Below, one piece after another: positions 1 to 8,216 of a stretch of DNA of 12,342 nucleotides. The notes under the pieces are model-generated. The model worked only from the letters and a program-made list of their open reading frames with translations, did no database searches and had not been told where the DNA came from. Location of the stretch: positions 1 to 12,342 of the forward strand of contig JBJHDK010000064.1 in assembly GCA_050486505.1 (NCBI GenBank), written 5' to 3'. A program made the position numbers and the translations under genes. Each line of letters begins with the position of its first letter. Position 1 is the first letter of the stretch. Origin of the DNA: Fibrobacteria bacterium. Lineage in GTDB: Bacteria; Fibrobacterota; Fibrobacteria; UBA11236.

Positions 1-584
1 ACCCCGTAAAAGAACATTTCCTGCGTGAGCCCGTGAAAGGCCACGACCACGCCCAGGGCCCCCAGGATCGCGATGAAGGAGGCGAATATCGTCAGCAAGG
101 GAAGCATCACCAGCGACGCAAGAAGCCTCGGCGCCAGCAAATGCCGACGCGGATCGAGACCCAGCACCTTGTAGGCGTCAAGCTGTTCGGTGACCGCCAT
201 CGTGCCCAGCTCGGCCGCCATGGCCGCGCCCGCGCGGCCCGCCACCACGATGGCCGTCAGCACGGGACCAAGCTCGAGCATCACCGACTTGCCCACCGCG
301 GCCCCGACATAACGCAACGGGATATACTCCGCAAAATTATAGGCCGCCTGCCAGGCCGCCACCGCTCCGGTAAACACCGAGATGAAAGCCACCAGCGGAA
401 GCGAGGTGACGCCGATCCGGATCAGCTGTTCCCGCAGCGCGCGTCCGTCGCGCACGGCAACCGGGACACCGGCAAACACCGCCACGGAAAAACGCAGGAA
501 CACGACGGCACCTCCGAGCAGCCCCAGAAAAGCGGCCCCCAGCCCGACCACACGCGCATCCAGCGCAATCAACCAACGTGCCAT
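1..584 (-). CDS. mlaE: MlaE-family (Ttg2B/YrbE) lipid-asymmetry ABC transporter permease; 3' end lies beyond the window edge
   Basis: Not in the ORF track because the stop is outside the window. Manual translation from ATG 584-582 gives MARWLIALDARVVGLG...EQLIRIGVTSLPLVAFISVFTGAVAAWQ...VMLELGPVLTAIVVAGRAGAAMAAELGTMAVTEQLDAYKVLGLDPRRHLLAPRLLA, which contains the MlaE signature ELGP...AGRxG..AELGTMxVTEQxDA..xGxDP. It starts 15 nt after the upstream TAG (600-602). Confidence 0.93.
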   Translation of the reverse strand, partial: MARWLIALDARVVGLGAAFLGLLGGAVVFLRFSVAVFAGVPVAVRDGRALREQLIRIGVTSLPLVAFISVFTGAVAAWQAAYNFAEYIPLRYVGAAVGKSVMLELGPVLTAIVVAGRAGAAMAAELGTMAVTEQLDAYKVLGLDPRRHLLAPRLLASLVMLPLLTIFASFIAILGALGVVVAFHGLTQEMFFYG

Positions 585-599
585 GCCGTGCGCCCCGTC

Positions 600-3500
600 C
601 TATCGGCCCAAGAGCTGTTCATAATACCATTCCACGCGTCGCCGCTGTTCGGGCGTCAGGGGTAAGGCCAACGCACGCTCGCGACGGGCCCGTAATTCCC
701 GCGAAAACTGATCCGAAACTCCGGAAGCGGGGGGATCCTCCATGATCAGCCCCGTCGCGTGGGTTTCGGCGCGGCGCTCGCGCTGCCGGCCACGCTCTTC
801 CAGCGCATTGGCCGCCTCGAGCAGGCGCGTGCGGAAGCGCTCCTGGCGGCGTTCGATCTCTCCCGGATCGAGCCGCCGCCTGCGCAGTTCCTCCTCGAGG
901 GCCCGCGCTTCCTCGGCGAGCTGGCGCAGGCGCCGCGCCGCGCCGCCGGCATCGTCGGCAGCCTCGGCAAGATGCTCGAGCGCCTCCGCAATCGACTGCT
1001 GGCCGGCGGCGGCACCCGCTGCATCGGAAGGTCCCTCGCCGTCCCCTTCGGAGCCGTTGCCTTCGGAGAAGCCCCCCGTCCCGCCATCCCGTTCGCCGGA
1101 ACCTTCCTGCGAGGGGTCGCCCGCGCCCGGCATGCCTCCCGGCATCGTCGACTGCGAGGGATCCCCGCGCCCCTGGCGCTCCTGCATGAACGAACGCAAC
1201 AGCTCCTGCGTCGCGCGATTCACCGACATCTGGCGACCCGACAGGCCGCGCACGCGCCCGGCGATGCCCTCTTGCCCCGAGTCGCCCGTCTCTCCCCCGC
1301 CCAGATCCGAATCGCCGGCACCTTCCCCTTCCTCGGATCCGTTCCCGTCGTTCGCCTGGTTGAGCCACTTGAGCAACTCACGCGAGGCACCCTGCGCGTG
1401 GCGGTGCAAACCGTCGAGCGTCCCGGTGGGGACCCCCGCCGCGAGTTCGTCCGCGTGCGCACCCAGCCATGCTGCCTCCCGCCGCAGCATTTCGGATTCG
1501 AAGGTCGCGACATCCGCGAGCCCGAGCATCCGCTGCCGCAGCCAGCGGGCGGTGTTGACCGCCGAACGCTGCACGCCTTCCCTGCCGCCCCACTGCGATT
1601 CGACGAAGGAGCCGGAGATCCGCGCTTCGGCGAGCCAACGGGTAAACTCAAGGGTCTCCTCGAGCGTGGCCCGCACTTCCGCCATGTTGGCCGCCGCATC
1701 GAGTTGCATCAGCAGCTTCTCCATCTCCGCCGCGGCCTGTTCGAGCCGGCGCGCCGCGAGGTCTGCCCCCGCCTGCGAGGGCGCGCGATCCTGCGGCTGT
1801 TTGCGCAGGCCCTCCGCAGTTTCCTGCATGGCCTGCAGGGCGTCTTCCGCATGCTTGCGCTCCGGTGGGCGAAAGCGCGCGGTCGCTTCCAGATTCTCCA
1901 TTTTCTCCAAAACCCGCTCGAGCTGCTGCTGCAGGGCTTCCTGGCGACCGGCCAACGCCTCCGCGTCCGCCCCGTGCGCCGCATCGAGCCCGGCCGCCAG
2001 TTCGCGCTGTGCGGCCTCCAACTCCCGAAGTTCCTCCGCCATTCCGGCCAGAGCGCGAACGTCGCGGAGGTTTTCGAGCATGCGCACCGCGCGTTCCAGG
2101 CTCTGTCGCAAGCCGTCGCCTTGCTCCAGCATTTCGCGCAGTGCGTCGCGCATTTCGCCCGCATCAGGAGCATGATCACCCGCCTCGCTCCGCAAACGCT
2201 CCTGCTCGCCCGCATCGAGAACCTCTGCAAGCAATTCCCGGATCCGGTCCATCTTTTCGACCACGTCCGATCCGAGGGTCCCGTCGTCCATCGCCTTGCG
2301 CAGTACCTCCTCCATCTGTTCCATCGCTTCGCGCACATCGCGCTCGAGCTGCGCCGCATGCTGCTCTGCACGCTCCTCGCGCCGACGGCGGTCCGCCTCG
2401 CCGCGCGCCTGCTCCGCCAGCCATTCCCCCAATTGGCGCTGTTCCTCCCGATGCCGCTCCAGCGACTCGCGCAGTTGTTCACGGCCGGCCTGCAAGCGCT
2501 CCGCCTCTCCGGGCATTCGAGGCGAAGGTTGCCGCGAAGACTCGTCTCCGGATCGCGCCACGGGGGCGGATACAGGCGGCGGAGCCTGCTCCAACATCTG
2601 TTGCAAGGCCTCCTGATCGCGCCTGAGATCATCCAGGGCCTTGGCCTTTTCATCGACCCCAGCATGCGTGATCCCGGGATCCGGCACTCGTTCCTGCATC
2701 GCCTCCGCCTCGCGGCGCGCATCCTCCAGTGCATCCCTGCGGCGCGCATCGGGAGCATGACTGATCTCGTCTCCGAGCTGGCGTGCCACTTCGCGCAAGT
2801 GCTGCCGCGGCTGATCACTGAGCACGCGGCGCACCTCCCATTCGTTCCACGCGCGGAAAGGATCCTCTCCCCGGCTCCCTTGATCAGGGGAACGCACCTC
2901 GCGCCTGATGCGCTCTTCGCGTTCCAAGGCGCTCGCCAAGCTGACCGCGGCATCACGCTTTCCGGCATCCACGGCAACCAGCACTTCCTCCGACGTGGGA
3001 AGCCGCAACCTTGCGAGCGCCGAGCGCGTCGCCTTCGGACCTGATATCACATCAGTATCCTCCACCTCCAGGAAAACCTCGACGACATCACCCGCCTCCG
3101 CCCGGGTGGCGGACGCGTCCCAGATCCCCGCACCGTGCCCGTCGCGCCGGTCGAGCCAGTCGGTGAGGTCGACCGAACCCGCGCGGAGAAGCGAGCCGCC
3201 GTCACGCACGGTGTAATGCAGGCGCACGACGGAAACGCCAAAGTCGTCGATGGCGCGAAACCGTATCGGAACGCGCAGTGATCGTGCGAGTTCGCCATCG
3301 CCCGCAGGCTCCAGCAAGGTGATTTCGGGGGGCATGTCAGGGGTCTGTTCGACCCTCCAGGGACCCTCCGTGGCCGATGCGCCGCCGGACGCGGTGTCGG
3401 CATGGAGCGTCAGGCGCAATGTGAACGGATCCTCAACGACCCGTGAAAATGCAAAATCCCGCCCCGCGCCCAACGAAAGACGCGTTGCGCTTCCGGCAAC

Positions 3501-4514
3501 GTCCCGGAACGACACGACCAACGAATCAAGCGACTCGCGGGGGCGGGCCCGCCACTCCAGCTTCGTGCCGGGCAATGCCGCCAGCGTCGAAGGCATCTCA
3601 GGCAGCGTATCGGATGCAAGGCGGGTGTACTCCGGTGGCATAACGATGACTTCGAGCGCTTGCAGACGCGGCGGTGGCACTGAGGCCACGCGCCATTCGG
3701 GCGACTCCGCCCGCCCGGAGGAAAACCTGACCACAAGGTCGCCGGTCACGGGCCCGAGACGATAGGTTGCCGTTGACCCGAATCCCGACGTTGGATGCCG
3801 CTGCATCGTGTAACGCCGCTCCGGCCCCTCCGCGGAACGCACGTGGACATGAACCGGCCGCGAATCCGGCACGTTTTCAATCCGCACCGCGAACTCCAGG
3901 CTGTCGCCAACGGCCACACGTGCAGGCAGGCCGATCGGAGCGAGCACGGGGGCGGGCTGTTCGCGAAGGACCTTGAGCGGCGCGGCCATCCGCATCCAGG
4001 TTGTCGCGGGAGAGCCGAAAAACATCGGCGTGAACAAAACAAGGCACGCCGCGATCCCGAGCCAAGCGAGCCGCGCGCGCATGCCCGCCTGTCCGGACGA
4101 GTCCCGCAAACGCGCTTCCCAACCCGCATCAAGACGCTCTAGGGCGGCAAGGGTCTGCGGCGAGTGATTCCGCAGGGAAAGAAGCGTGCGAAACACGTCC
4201 GGTGCGCCGGGGTTGGCCGCATCCATCTCCGCCGCGATCTTCCCGATCCGGAAATCGCCCCGCAACGCCCTGTGCCCGCACACGATGGCAGGCCACAGGT
4301 GCAACAAGAAGCTCGCGGCCATGATTTGCAGCCACACGGGCTCGTAGGGATCCGCGACCGAAAACATCGCAAGGACCACGAGCAGCGGAAGCTGCAACGC
4401 CAGGGATTCCGCGAAAGCGCGCAGCAACCCCGAAAGGATCACGCGACGACGCCGTGCCGCAAGACGCCCGGAAAGCTTCCCGAGGACCGGATATTCCCGG
4501 GAAAACCCCTTCAC
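600..4514 (-). CDS. Large membrane-anchored protein, DUF4175-like: N-terminal TM helices, beta-rich Ig-like region, long Glu/Gln/Arg coiled coil, acidic Gly-rich tail (~1304 aa)
   Basis: ORF 600..4619. The start is reassigned to GTG 4514-4512, which overlaps the DUF4159 TGA (GTGA) and follows GGGAGCGAGGG. There are about three hydrophobic segments near the N-terminus and the motifs PPEYT, PDMPPEITLLEP and AIDDFGVS, and it ends in RRVEWYYEQL. This architecture and the position next to DUF4159 are typical of DUF4175-type proteins. Confidence 0.7.
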   Translation of the reverse strand: MKGFSREYPVLGKLSGRLAARRRRVILSGLLRAFAESLALQLPLLVVLAMFSVADPYEPVWLQIMAASFLLHLWPAIVCGHRALRGDFRIGKIAAEMDAANPGAPDVFRTLLSLRNHSPQTLAALERLDAGWEARLRDSSGQAGMRARLAWLGIAACLVLFTPMFFGSPATTWMRMAAPLKVLREQPAPVLAPIGLPARVAVGDSLEFAVRIENVPDSRPVHVHVRSAEGPERRYTMQRHPTSGFGSTATYRLGPVTGDLVVRFSSGRAESPEWRVASVPPPRLQALEVIVMPPEYTRLASDTLPEMPSTLAALPGTKLEWRARPRESLDSLVVSFRDVAGSATRLSLGAGRDFAFSRVVEDPFTLRLTLHADTASGGASATEGPWRVEQTPDMPPEITLLEPAGDGELARSLRVPIRFRAIDDFGVSVVRLHYTVRDGGSLLRAGSVDLTDWLDRRDGHGAGIWDASATRAEAGDVVEVFLEVEDTDVISGPKATRSALARLRLPTSEEVLVAVDAGKRDAAVSLASALEREERIRREVRSPDQGSRGEDPFRAWNEWEVRRVLSDQPRQHLREVARQLGDEISHAPDARRRDALEDARREAEAMQERVPDPGITHAGVDEKAKALDDLRRDQEALQQMLEQAPPPVSAPVARSGDESSRQPSPRMPGEAERLQAGREQLRESLERHREEQRQLGEWLAEQARGEADRRRREERAEQHAAQLERDVREAMEQMEEVLRKAMDDGTLGSDVVEKMDRIRELLAEVLDAGEQERLRSEAGDHAPDAGEMRDALREMLEQGDGLRQSLERAVRMLENLRDVRALAGMAEELRELEAAQRELAAGLDAAHGADAEALAGRQEALQQQLERVLEKMENLEATARFRPPERKHAEDALQAMQETAEGLRKQPQDRAPSQAGADLAARRLEQAAAEMEKLLMQLDAAANMAEVRATLEETLEFTRWLAEARISGSFVESQWGGREGVQRSAVNTARWLRQRMLGLADVATFESEMLRREAAWLGAHADELAAGVPTGTLDGLHRHAQGASRELLKWLNQANDGNGSEEGEGAGDSDLGGGETGDSGQEGIAGRVRGLSGRQMSVNRATQELLRSFMQERQGRGDPSQSTMPGGMPGAGDPSQEGSGERDGGTGGFSEGNGSEGDGEGPSDAAGAAAGQQSIAEALEHLAEAADDAGGAARRLRQLAEEARALEEELRRRRLDPGEIERRQERFRTRLLEAANALEERGRQRERRAETHATGLIMEDPPASGVSDQFSRELRARRERALALPLTPEQRRRVEWYYEQLLGR

Positions 4515-5254
4515 CGCGCCCTCGCTCCCTGCAAGAACCAGGCATAAACGTTCACGCCCATGCGCAGCGCCTGTTCGCGCAACTCCGGCGGCAAGGAATG
4601 GATCGAAGGATCTTCCCATCCGTTGCCCAGATCGGTTTCGTGCGTGAATAGCACCACGATGCGCCCGTCGAGCTCGATCCCGTACGCCACCGGCGGCTTG
4701 CCGTCGTGCTCATGGATTTTCGGCAGCCCGCGGTGAAACGCATGGTGGCTGCGAAACACGGGGTGGGACGCAGGCAGCGGAGTCAAGGGTCTTTGGGGGA
4801 ACAGCGCTTCCATCTCCGCGCGGAACGATTCGGCCAAGCCGTAATTGTCATCGGCGAAGAGCAATCCTCCCCGCGCCAGAAAGGCGCGCAGGGCACGGCG
4901 TTCCTCGGCACTGAAGGCCACCCTGCCGTGACCGGTCATGAACAGCACCGGTGTTTCGTAAAGTTCCGCCGAGAGCGGCTCGACCACGCGCTCGCCTGGG
5001 CAGACATCCATGCCGAGATCGGAACGAAGACGCTCGCCGAGGTTCGGCAACATCGTCGGCCCGGTGTACCAGTCTCCCCCGCCGCCGTACTTCAGCCGCG
5101 CGAGGGGAAAGCAGGAGGATGCGTGGGCGGAGCAAAGCGCGAAAACGAGAAGCACCGCACAGAACAAGCGTGAATTACGAATTACGAATTTCGAATTACG
5201 AGACGACTTCCAGAACGCGCCAGCAGCTTCTGCGCATTGCGGCTGCGCCGTCAT
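4511..5254 (-). CDS. DUF4159 domain protein, probably exported; start is ATG 5254 or GTG 5281
   Basis: C-terminal part of ORF 4511..5857, with LARLKYGGGGDWY, PVLFMTGHG, GGLLFADDNYG, GLPKIHEHDGKPP and DLGNGWED. A signal-peptide-like stretch RLFCAVLLVFALCSAHA precedes these. The upstream part of the track ORF overlaps slt out of frame and is not accepted. Confidence 0.85.
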   Translation of the reverse strand: MTAQPQCAEAAGAFWKSSRNSKFVIRNSRLFCAVLLVFALCSAHASSCFPLARLKYGGGGDWYTGPTMLPNLGERLRSDLGMDVCPGERVVEPLSAELYETPVLFMTGHGRVAFSAEERRALRAFLARGGLLFADDNYGLAESFRAEMEALFPQRPLTPLPASHPVFRSHHAFHRGLPKIHEHDGKPPVAYGIELDGRIVVLFTHETDLGNGWEDPSIHSLPPELREQALRMGVNVYAWFLQGARAR

Positions 5255-5277
5255 TCGTAATTCGTAATTCGTAATTC
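5172..5277. repeat. Inverted pair of 7-bp tandem repeat arrays: (GAATTAC)x4, 50-nt spacer, (GTAATTC)x4
   Basis: 5172-5199 reads gaattac gaattac gaatttc gaattac and 5250-5277 reads gtcattc gtaattc gtaattc gtaattc. The 28-bp arms are reverse complements with 2 mismatches and are AT-rich in a GC-rich background. Confidence 0.97.
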
Positions 5278-7425
5278 TCACATCCCCTCCCACAGCGCCT
5301 GGTACGTCCAATAGTTCGCCATGACGCGCTTCACGTACTCCCGCGTCTCGGCATAGCCGATGTCCTCGACGGACTCTTCGAGCGGCCTGCCGTCCAACCG
5401 GGGACGCCAGCGGGCCAGCGCGGTGGGCCCGGCGTTGTAATGCGCGAGGGCGTAGTGATACTGCCCCTCGTCGCGGCGCAGCACGTCGCGAAGGTAAGCG
5501 ACCCCGAGCCGGATGTTCACCGCGGGATCGAACAAAGAATCCACGTGGAAGGCTTGCATTCCTTCCTTGCGCGCCTGTTCCGCGCCGGTCGTGGGCATGA
5601 GCTGCATCAGGCCGCGCGCGCCCACCCGCGAGACAGCGAGGGGATCGAACCCGCTTTCCTGCTTGATGAGCGCCAGCACGAGCGCGGGCGGAATCCCCGC
5701 GCGGCGCGCCTCCGGTTCCGCAAGGGACGCATACGAGGGGGGGTAAAACAGGCGCAGGACGTGGACGGGAGCGTCCGCCCATACGGACAACGGGAGCCGG
5801 TCCATGAGCCTCAGGCCGAAACGATAGGCCTCGTAGTCGAACCCCGCCTCCCTGCAAAGAATGGCCGCGTCGAACATCAACAACGAATTGTTCGGATCCG
5901 TGCTCACCCGGTCACGCAAGGTGAGCATGGCCAAGGTGTCGAGGCCGATGGAAAGCAGGCGCGCGGGCGGCAGGTACCGACTTTCGCCGAAGCCCTCCGG
6001 CACGGCGCGCGCGCCGGGAACCCGATCCAGCAGCCATTGGCGCGATGCGTCCACGTCGCGCCGCGCGCGCACCATCCAAAACCTCCAGGAGAGACTGTCG
6101 GGAAAATCTCCGGCCGCCTGCCAGTCCCGGCGCGCGGCATGACCGTAGAACCCGAAGGGATAGTCGCGCACGAGGCCTTCCCAGGCCGAACGTGCGGCGT
6201 TCGAATCCCCCGACCGCATCAACAGCCTGCCTTCCCAATACCGCGCGCCGCCCACGAGGCGTCCCGGAGCGTCGGCTTCACGGAGTCCCCGAAACATTTC
6301 GAGGGCCTTCGCGGGTTCCCCCCATTTGTGGCGCACCAGTCCCAAGCGGAACGTGGCCTCCCAAGCGCGGACATGGCCGGGGAAATCCCGGATGATGCGC
6401 TCGTACAGGGCAAGCGCCTCGTCCATGCGCCCTTCGATCTCGGCATCAAAGGCGCGCATCCACAGCACCTCCGCCGTGCGGGCGTCGCGGGGATGCCGCT
6501 CCACCAGACGGGAATACCATTGCTGCGCGCGGGTGTGATCCCCGAGCCGCCGGTGCGCACGGGCGGTTTGCATCAGCGCCTCGGGCGCGTCTCCGTAGCG
6601 GGCGCGAAAGACGTCGTACTGGCGGATCGATTCGGTGAACGCGCCGCGGTTGTAGAGCCACAGCGCGATCCTGCCCTGCAAAAAGCGCGCGTCCTCGGTG
6701 CCGCGCGCCAGCGGTCGTGCCGCCTCCGCGCGCGCGACGGCCTCGGTCCAAAGCCCGAGCTTCTCCTCGAGATCGAGCATCAACCTCTGCTCTTCCCACG
6801 TCCCGGAACCGTGCGGATAATCCGGAGCCGTGCGACGATACAGGGAGTCGAGGCGCGCGTCGGCAAGGGCGGCAGACGTCACGCGCCGCAGAAACTCATT
6901 GCGTTCCTGGCGGCTCACCACGGAGGTGTCGAGCGCCAGCGCGCGATGGAGACCCTCGGCGCGCAGTGGGTTGTCGAGCGCGCCGGCGATCACCTCGCGC
7001 AGGAAGACGAGCGTCGCTTCATCCGAAGCCGTGGCGGGAAACGTCCGCAGCCTGAACCCGAGGAAGTGGTGCCGCCACACCGGACCGATCTCTCCCGTCA
7101 GCGCAGCGGCCGCGAGCGAGTCGGCGCGCACGGTGTCGCCCGCCGCGAGCCGGGCGCCCGCGAGGAACGAAAGCCGGTAGAGGGACGCGAGGGAGTCGCC
7201 CGGATCAAACGCCGCGACACGGCGGGCCGCGCGTTCGGGACGCCCCGCGTCGAGGTCGCGAACGGCGGCGCGCCACTCGTTTTCATAGGCACGGAGCTCC
7301 CGGGCAGAGGGCGGCATGGAACCGTCCCTGCGCGCCGCGCCCTGCGCGGCGATGGCCCACGCCAGGATCCCCCCGCAAACGAGAAGAATCGAACGGACCG
7401 GCATCCGGAAAAAGAGCGCGCGCAT
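5278..7425 (-). CDS. slt: Soluble lytic murein transglycosylase (Slt70-like) with signal peptide, TPR repeats and C-terminal SLT domain
   Basis: SLT motifs IKQESGF (catalytic Glu), GARGLMQLMPTT, AHYNAGP and ETREYVKRV are present, as are TPR-like repeats (YSRLVERHPRDARTAEVLW, YERIIRDFPGH, WEGLVRDYPFGFY). The start is placed at ATG 7425 (alternative 7404), ahead of the hydrophobic stretch ILLVCGGILAWAIAAQG. The track's extension to 7695 overlaps the divergent HAD gene. Confidence 0.92.
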   Translation of the reverse strand: MRALFFRMPVRSILLVCGGILAWAIAAQGAARRDGSMPPSARELRAYENEWRAAVRDLDAGRPERAARRVAAFDPGDSLASLYRLSFLAGARLAAGDTVRADSLAAAALTGEIGPVWRHHFLGFRLRTFPATASDEATLVFLREVIAGALDNPLRAEGLHRALALDTSVVSRQERNEFLRRVTSAALADARLDSLYRRTAPDYPHGSGTWEEQRLMLDLEEKLGLWTEAVARAEAARPLARGTEDARFLQGRIALWLYNRGAFTESIRQYDVFRARYGDAPEALMQTARAHRRLGDHTRAQQWYSRLVERHPRDARTAEVLWMRAFDAEIEGRMDEALALYERIIRDFPGHVRAWEATFRLGLVRHKWGEPAKALEMFRGLREADAPGRLVGGARYWEGRLLMRSGDSNAARSAWEGLVRDYPFGFYGHAARRDWQAAGDFPDSLSWRFWMVRARRDVDASRQWLLDRVPGARAVPEGFGESRYLPPARLLSIGLDTLAMLTLRDRVSTDPNNSLLMFDAAILCREAGFDYEAYRFGLRLMDRLPLSVWADAPVHVLRLFYPPSYASLAEPEARRAGIPPALVLALIKQESGFDPLAVSRVGARGLMQLMPTTGAEQARKEGMQAFHVDSLFDPAVNIRLGVAYLRDVLRRDEGQYHYALAHYNAGPTALARWRPRLDGRPLEESVEDIGYAETREYVKRVMANYWTYQALWEGM

Positions 7426-7535
7426 CCCGTCTAAAGTACCAACCCTGTCCCAACCCGGACGTATTTTCCCGCCCCCTCCGGCGCATTCAAAAGGCGCCCC
7501 GGCACCCGCAGCCGGGATTAACTTTGACGGGATGC
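7422..7535. promoter_or_regulatory. Divergent promoter region with a mirrored motif carrying a -10-like hexamer 7 nt before each ATG
   Basis: The minus strand reads TACTTT-AGACGGG-ATG (7438-7423) and the plus strand reads TAACTT-TGACGGG-ATG (7519-7534). Neither start has a clear Shine-Dalgarno sequence. Confidence 0.55.
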
Positions 7536-8200
7536 CGACTCCTTCCTGCGCCGTCCTGTTCGACTGGGACGGCGTGCTCATCGACTCCTCCCGCCCGCAC
7601 GAGCGCAGCTGGGAACTGCTCGCCGCCGAGGCGGGCCTGCCCCTGCCTTCCGACCACTTCACGCGCGGCTTCGGCCGCAAGAACGAGGTCATCATTCCCG
7701 AGATCCTCGGCTGGACGCGCGACCCGATGGAGATTCATCGTTTCTCCCTGCGCAAGGAAGAGTTGTACCGCGAGATCATCCGCGCCGAAGGCATCGAACC
7801 CCTGCCGGGCGTACGCCCGTTTCTCGAGCGCCTGAAAGAGGCGGGGGTTTCCTGCGCCATCGGTTCCTCGAGCCATCGTCTCAACATCGAACTTTGCCTC
7901 GAACTCTTCGGGTTCGGGGGGTACTTCGCCGGCATCGTCTCCTCGGAAGACGTGGCGCGCGGCAAACCCGACCCGGCGGTGTTTCTGGCCGCCGCGAAAA
8001 AAGTCGATGCCGAGCCCGCGCGCTGCGTGGTTTTCGAGGACGCCCCCGTGGGCATCGAAGCCGCCCTGCGCGCAGGCATGAAGGCGGTGGGCGTGGCCGG
8101 CAGCCACCCGCGCGCAGCGCTGGCGTCGGCCCACCGCATCGTCGCGCGCCTCGACGAGCTGACACCGAACGACCTCGAAAGGCTGGTCCGGGGCGACTGA
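7532..8200 (+). CDS. HAD-superfamily phosphatase (subfamily IA, beta-phosphoglucomutase/CbbY-like)
   Basis: Motif I FDWDGVLIDS lies nine residues after ATG 7532. Motif II GSSS, motif III KPDP and motif IV VVFEDAPVGIEAA follow. The true start is inferred at 7532 rather than 7316. Confidence 0.92.
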   Translation: MPTPSCAVLFDWDGVLIDSSRPHERSWELLAAEAGLPLPSDHFTRGFGRKNEVIIPEILGWTRDPMEIHRFSLRKEELYREIIRAEGIEPLPGVRPFLERLKEAGVSCAIGSSSHRLNIELCLELFGFGGYFAGIVSSEDVARGKPDPAVFLAAAKKVDAEPARCVVFEDAPVGIEAALRAGMKAVGVAGSHPRAALASAHRIVARLDELTPNDLERLVRGD

Positions 8201-8216
8201 CCCGGAACAACGCACG

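Noticed and set aside
33..665. Plus-strand 210-aa ORF and other short ORFs over 1-665
   Set aside because: They are shadows of the clearly recognisable minus-strand mlaE frame and show no protein-like motifs.
742..3044. Long plus-strand ORFs (761 aa, 477 aa) opposite the DUF4175-like gene
   Set aside because: Stop-poor antisense frames are expected in high-GC coding DNA. Their composition (Ser/Arg/Ala or Leu/Arg rich) mirrors the sense codons.
5172..5277. Heptamer and octamer arrays considered as CRISPR arrays or intrinsic terminators
   Set aside because: There are no 23-47 bp repeats separated by unique spacers and no cas genes. The stems are AT-rich with ~50-nt loops and lack a following U-tract.
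5282..5857. N-terminal 190-aa extension of the DUF4159 ORF overlapping slt, suggesting an overlapping gene or frameshift fusion
   Set aside because: It is Arg/Gly/Pro-rich off-frame sequence over the conserved SLT domain, no slippery site is evident, and a signal peptide lies downstream.
5440..7434. 664-aa plus-strand ORF
   Set aside because: It is an antisense shadow of slt with no recognisable domain.
7316..7695. Track starts at 7316 (HAD) and 7695 (slt), implying a 380-nt head-to-head overlap
   Set aside because: HAD motif I and the Slt signal peptide place the starts at 7532 and 7425/7404, leaving an ordinary intergenic gap.
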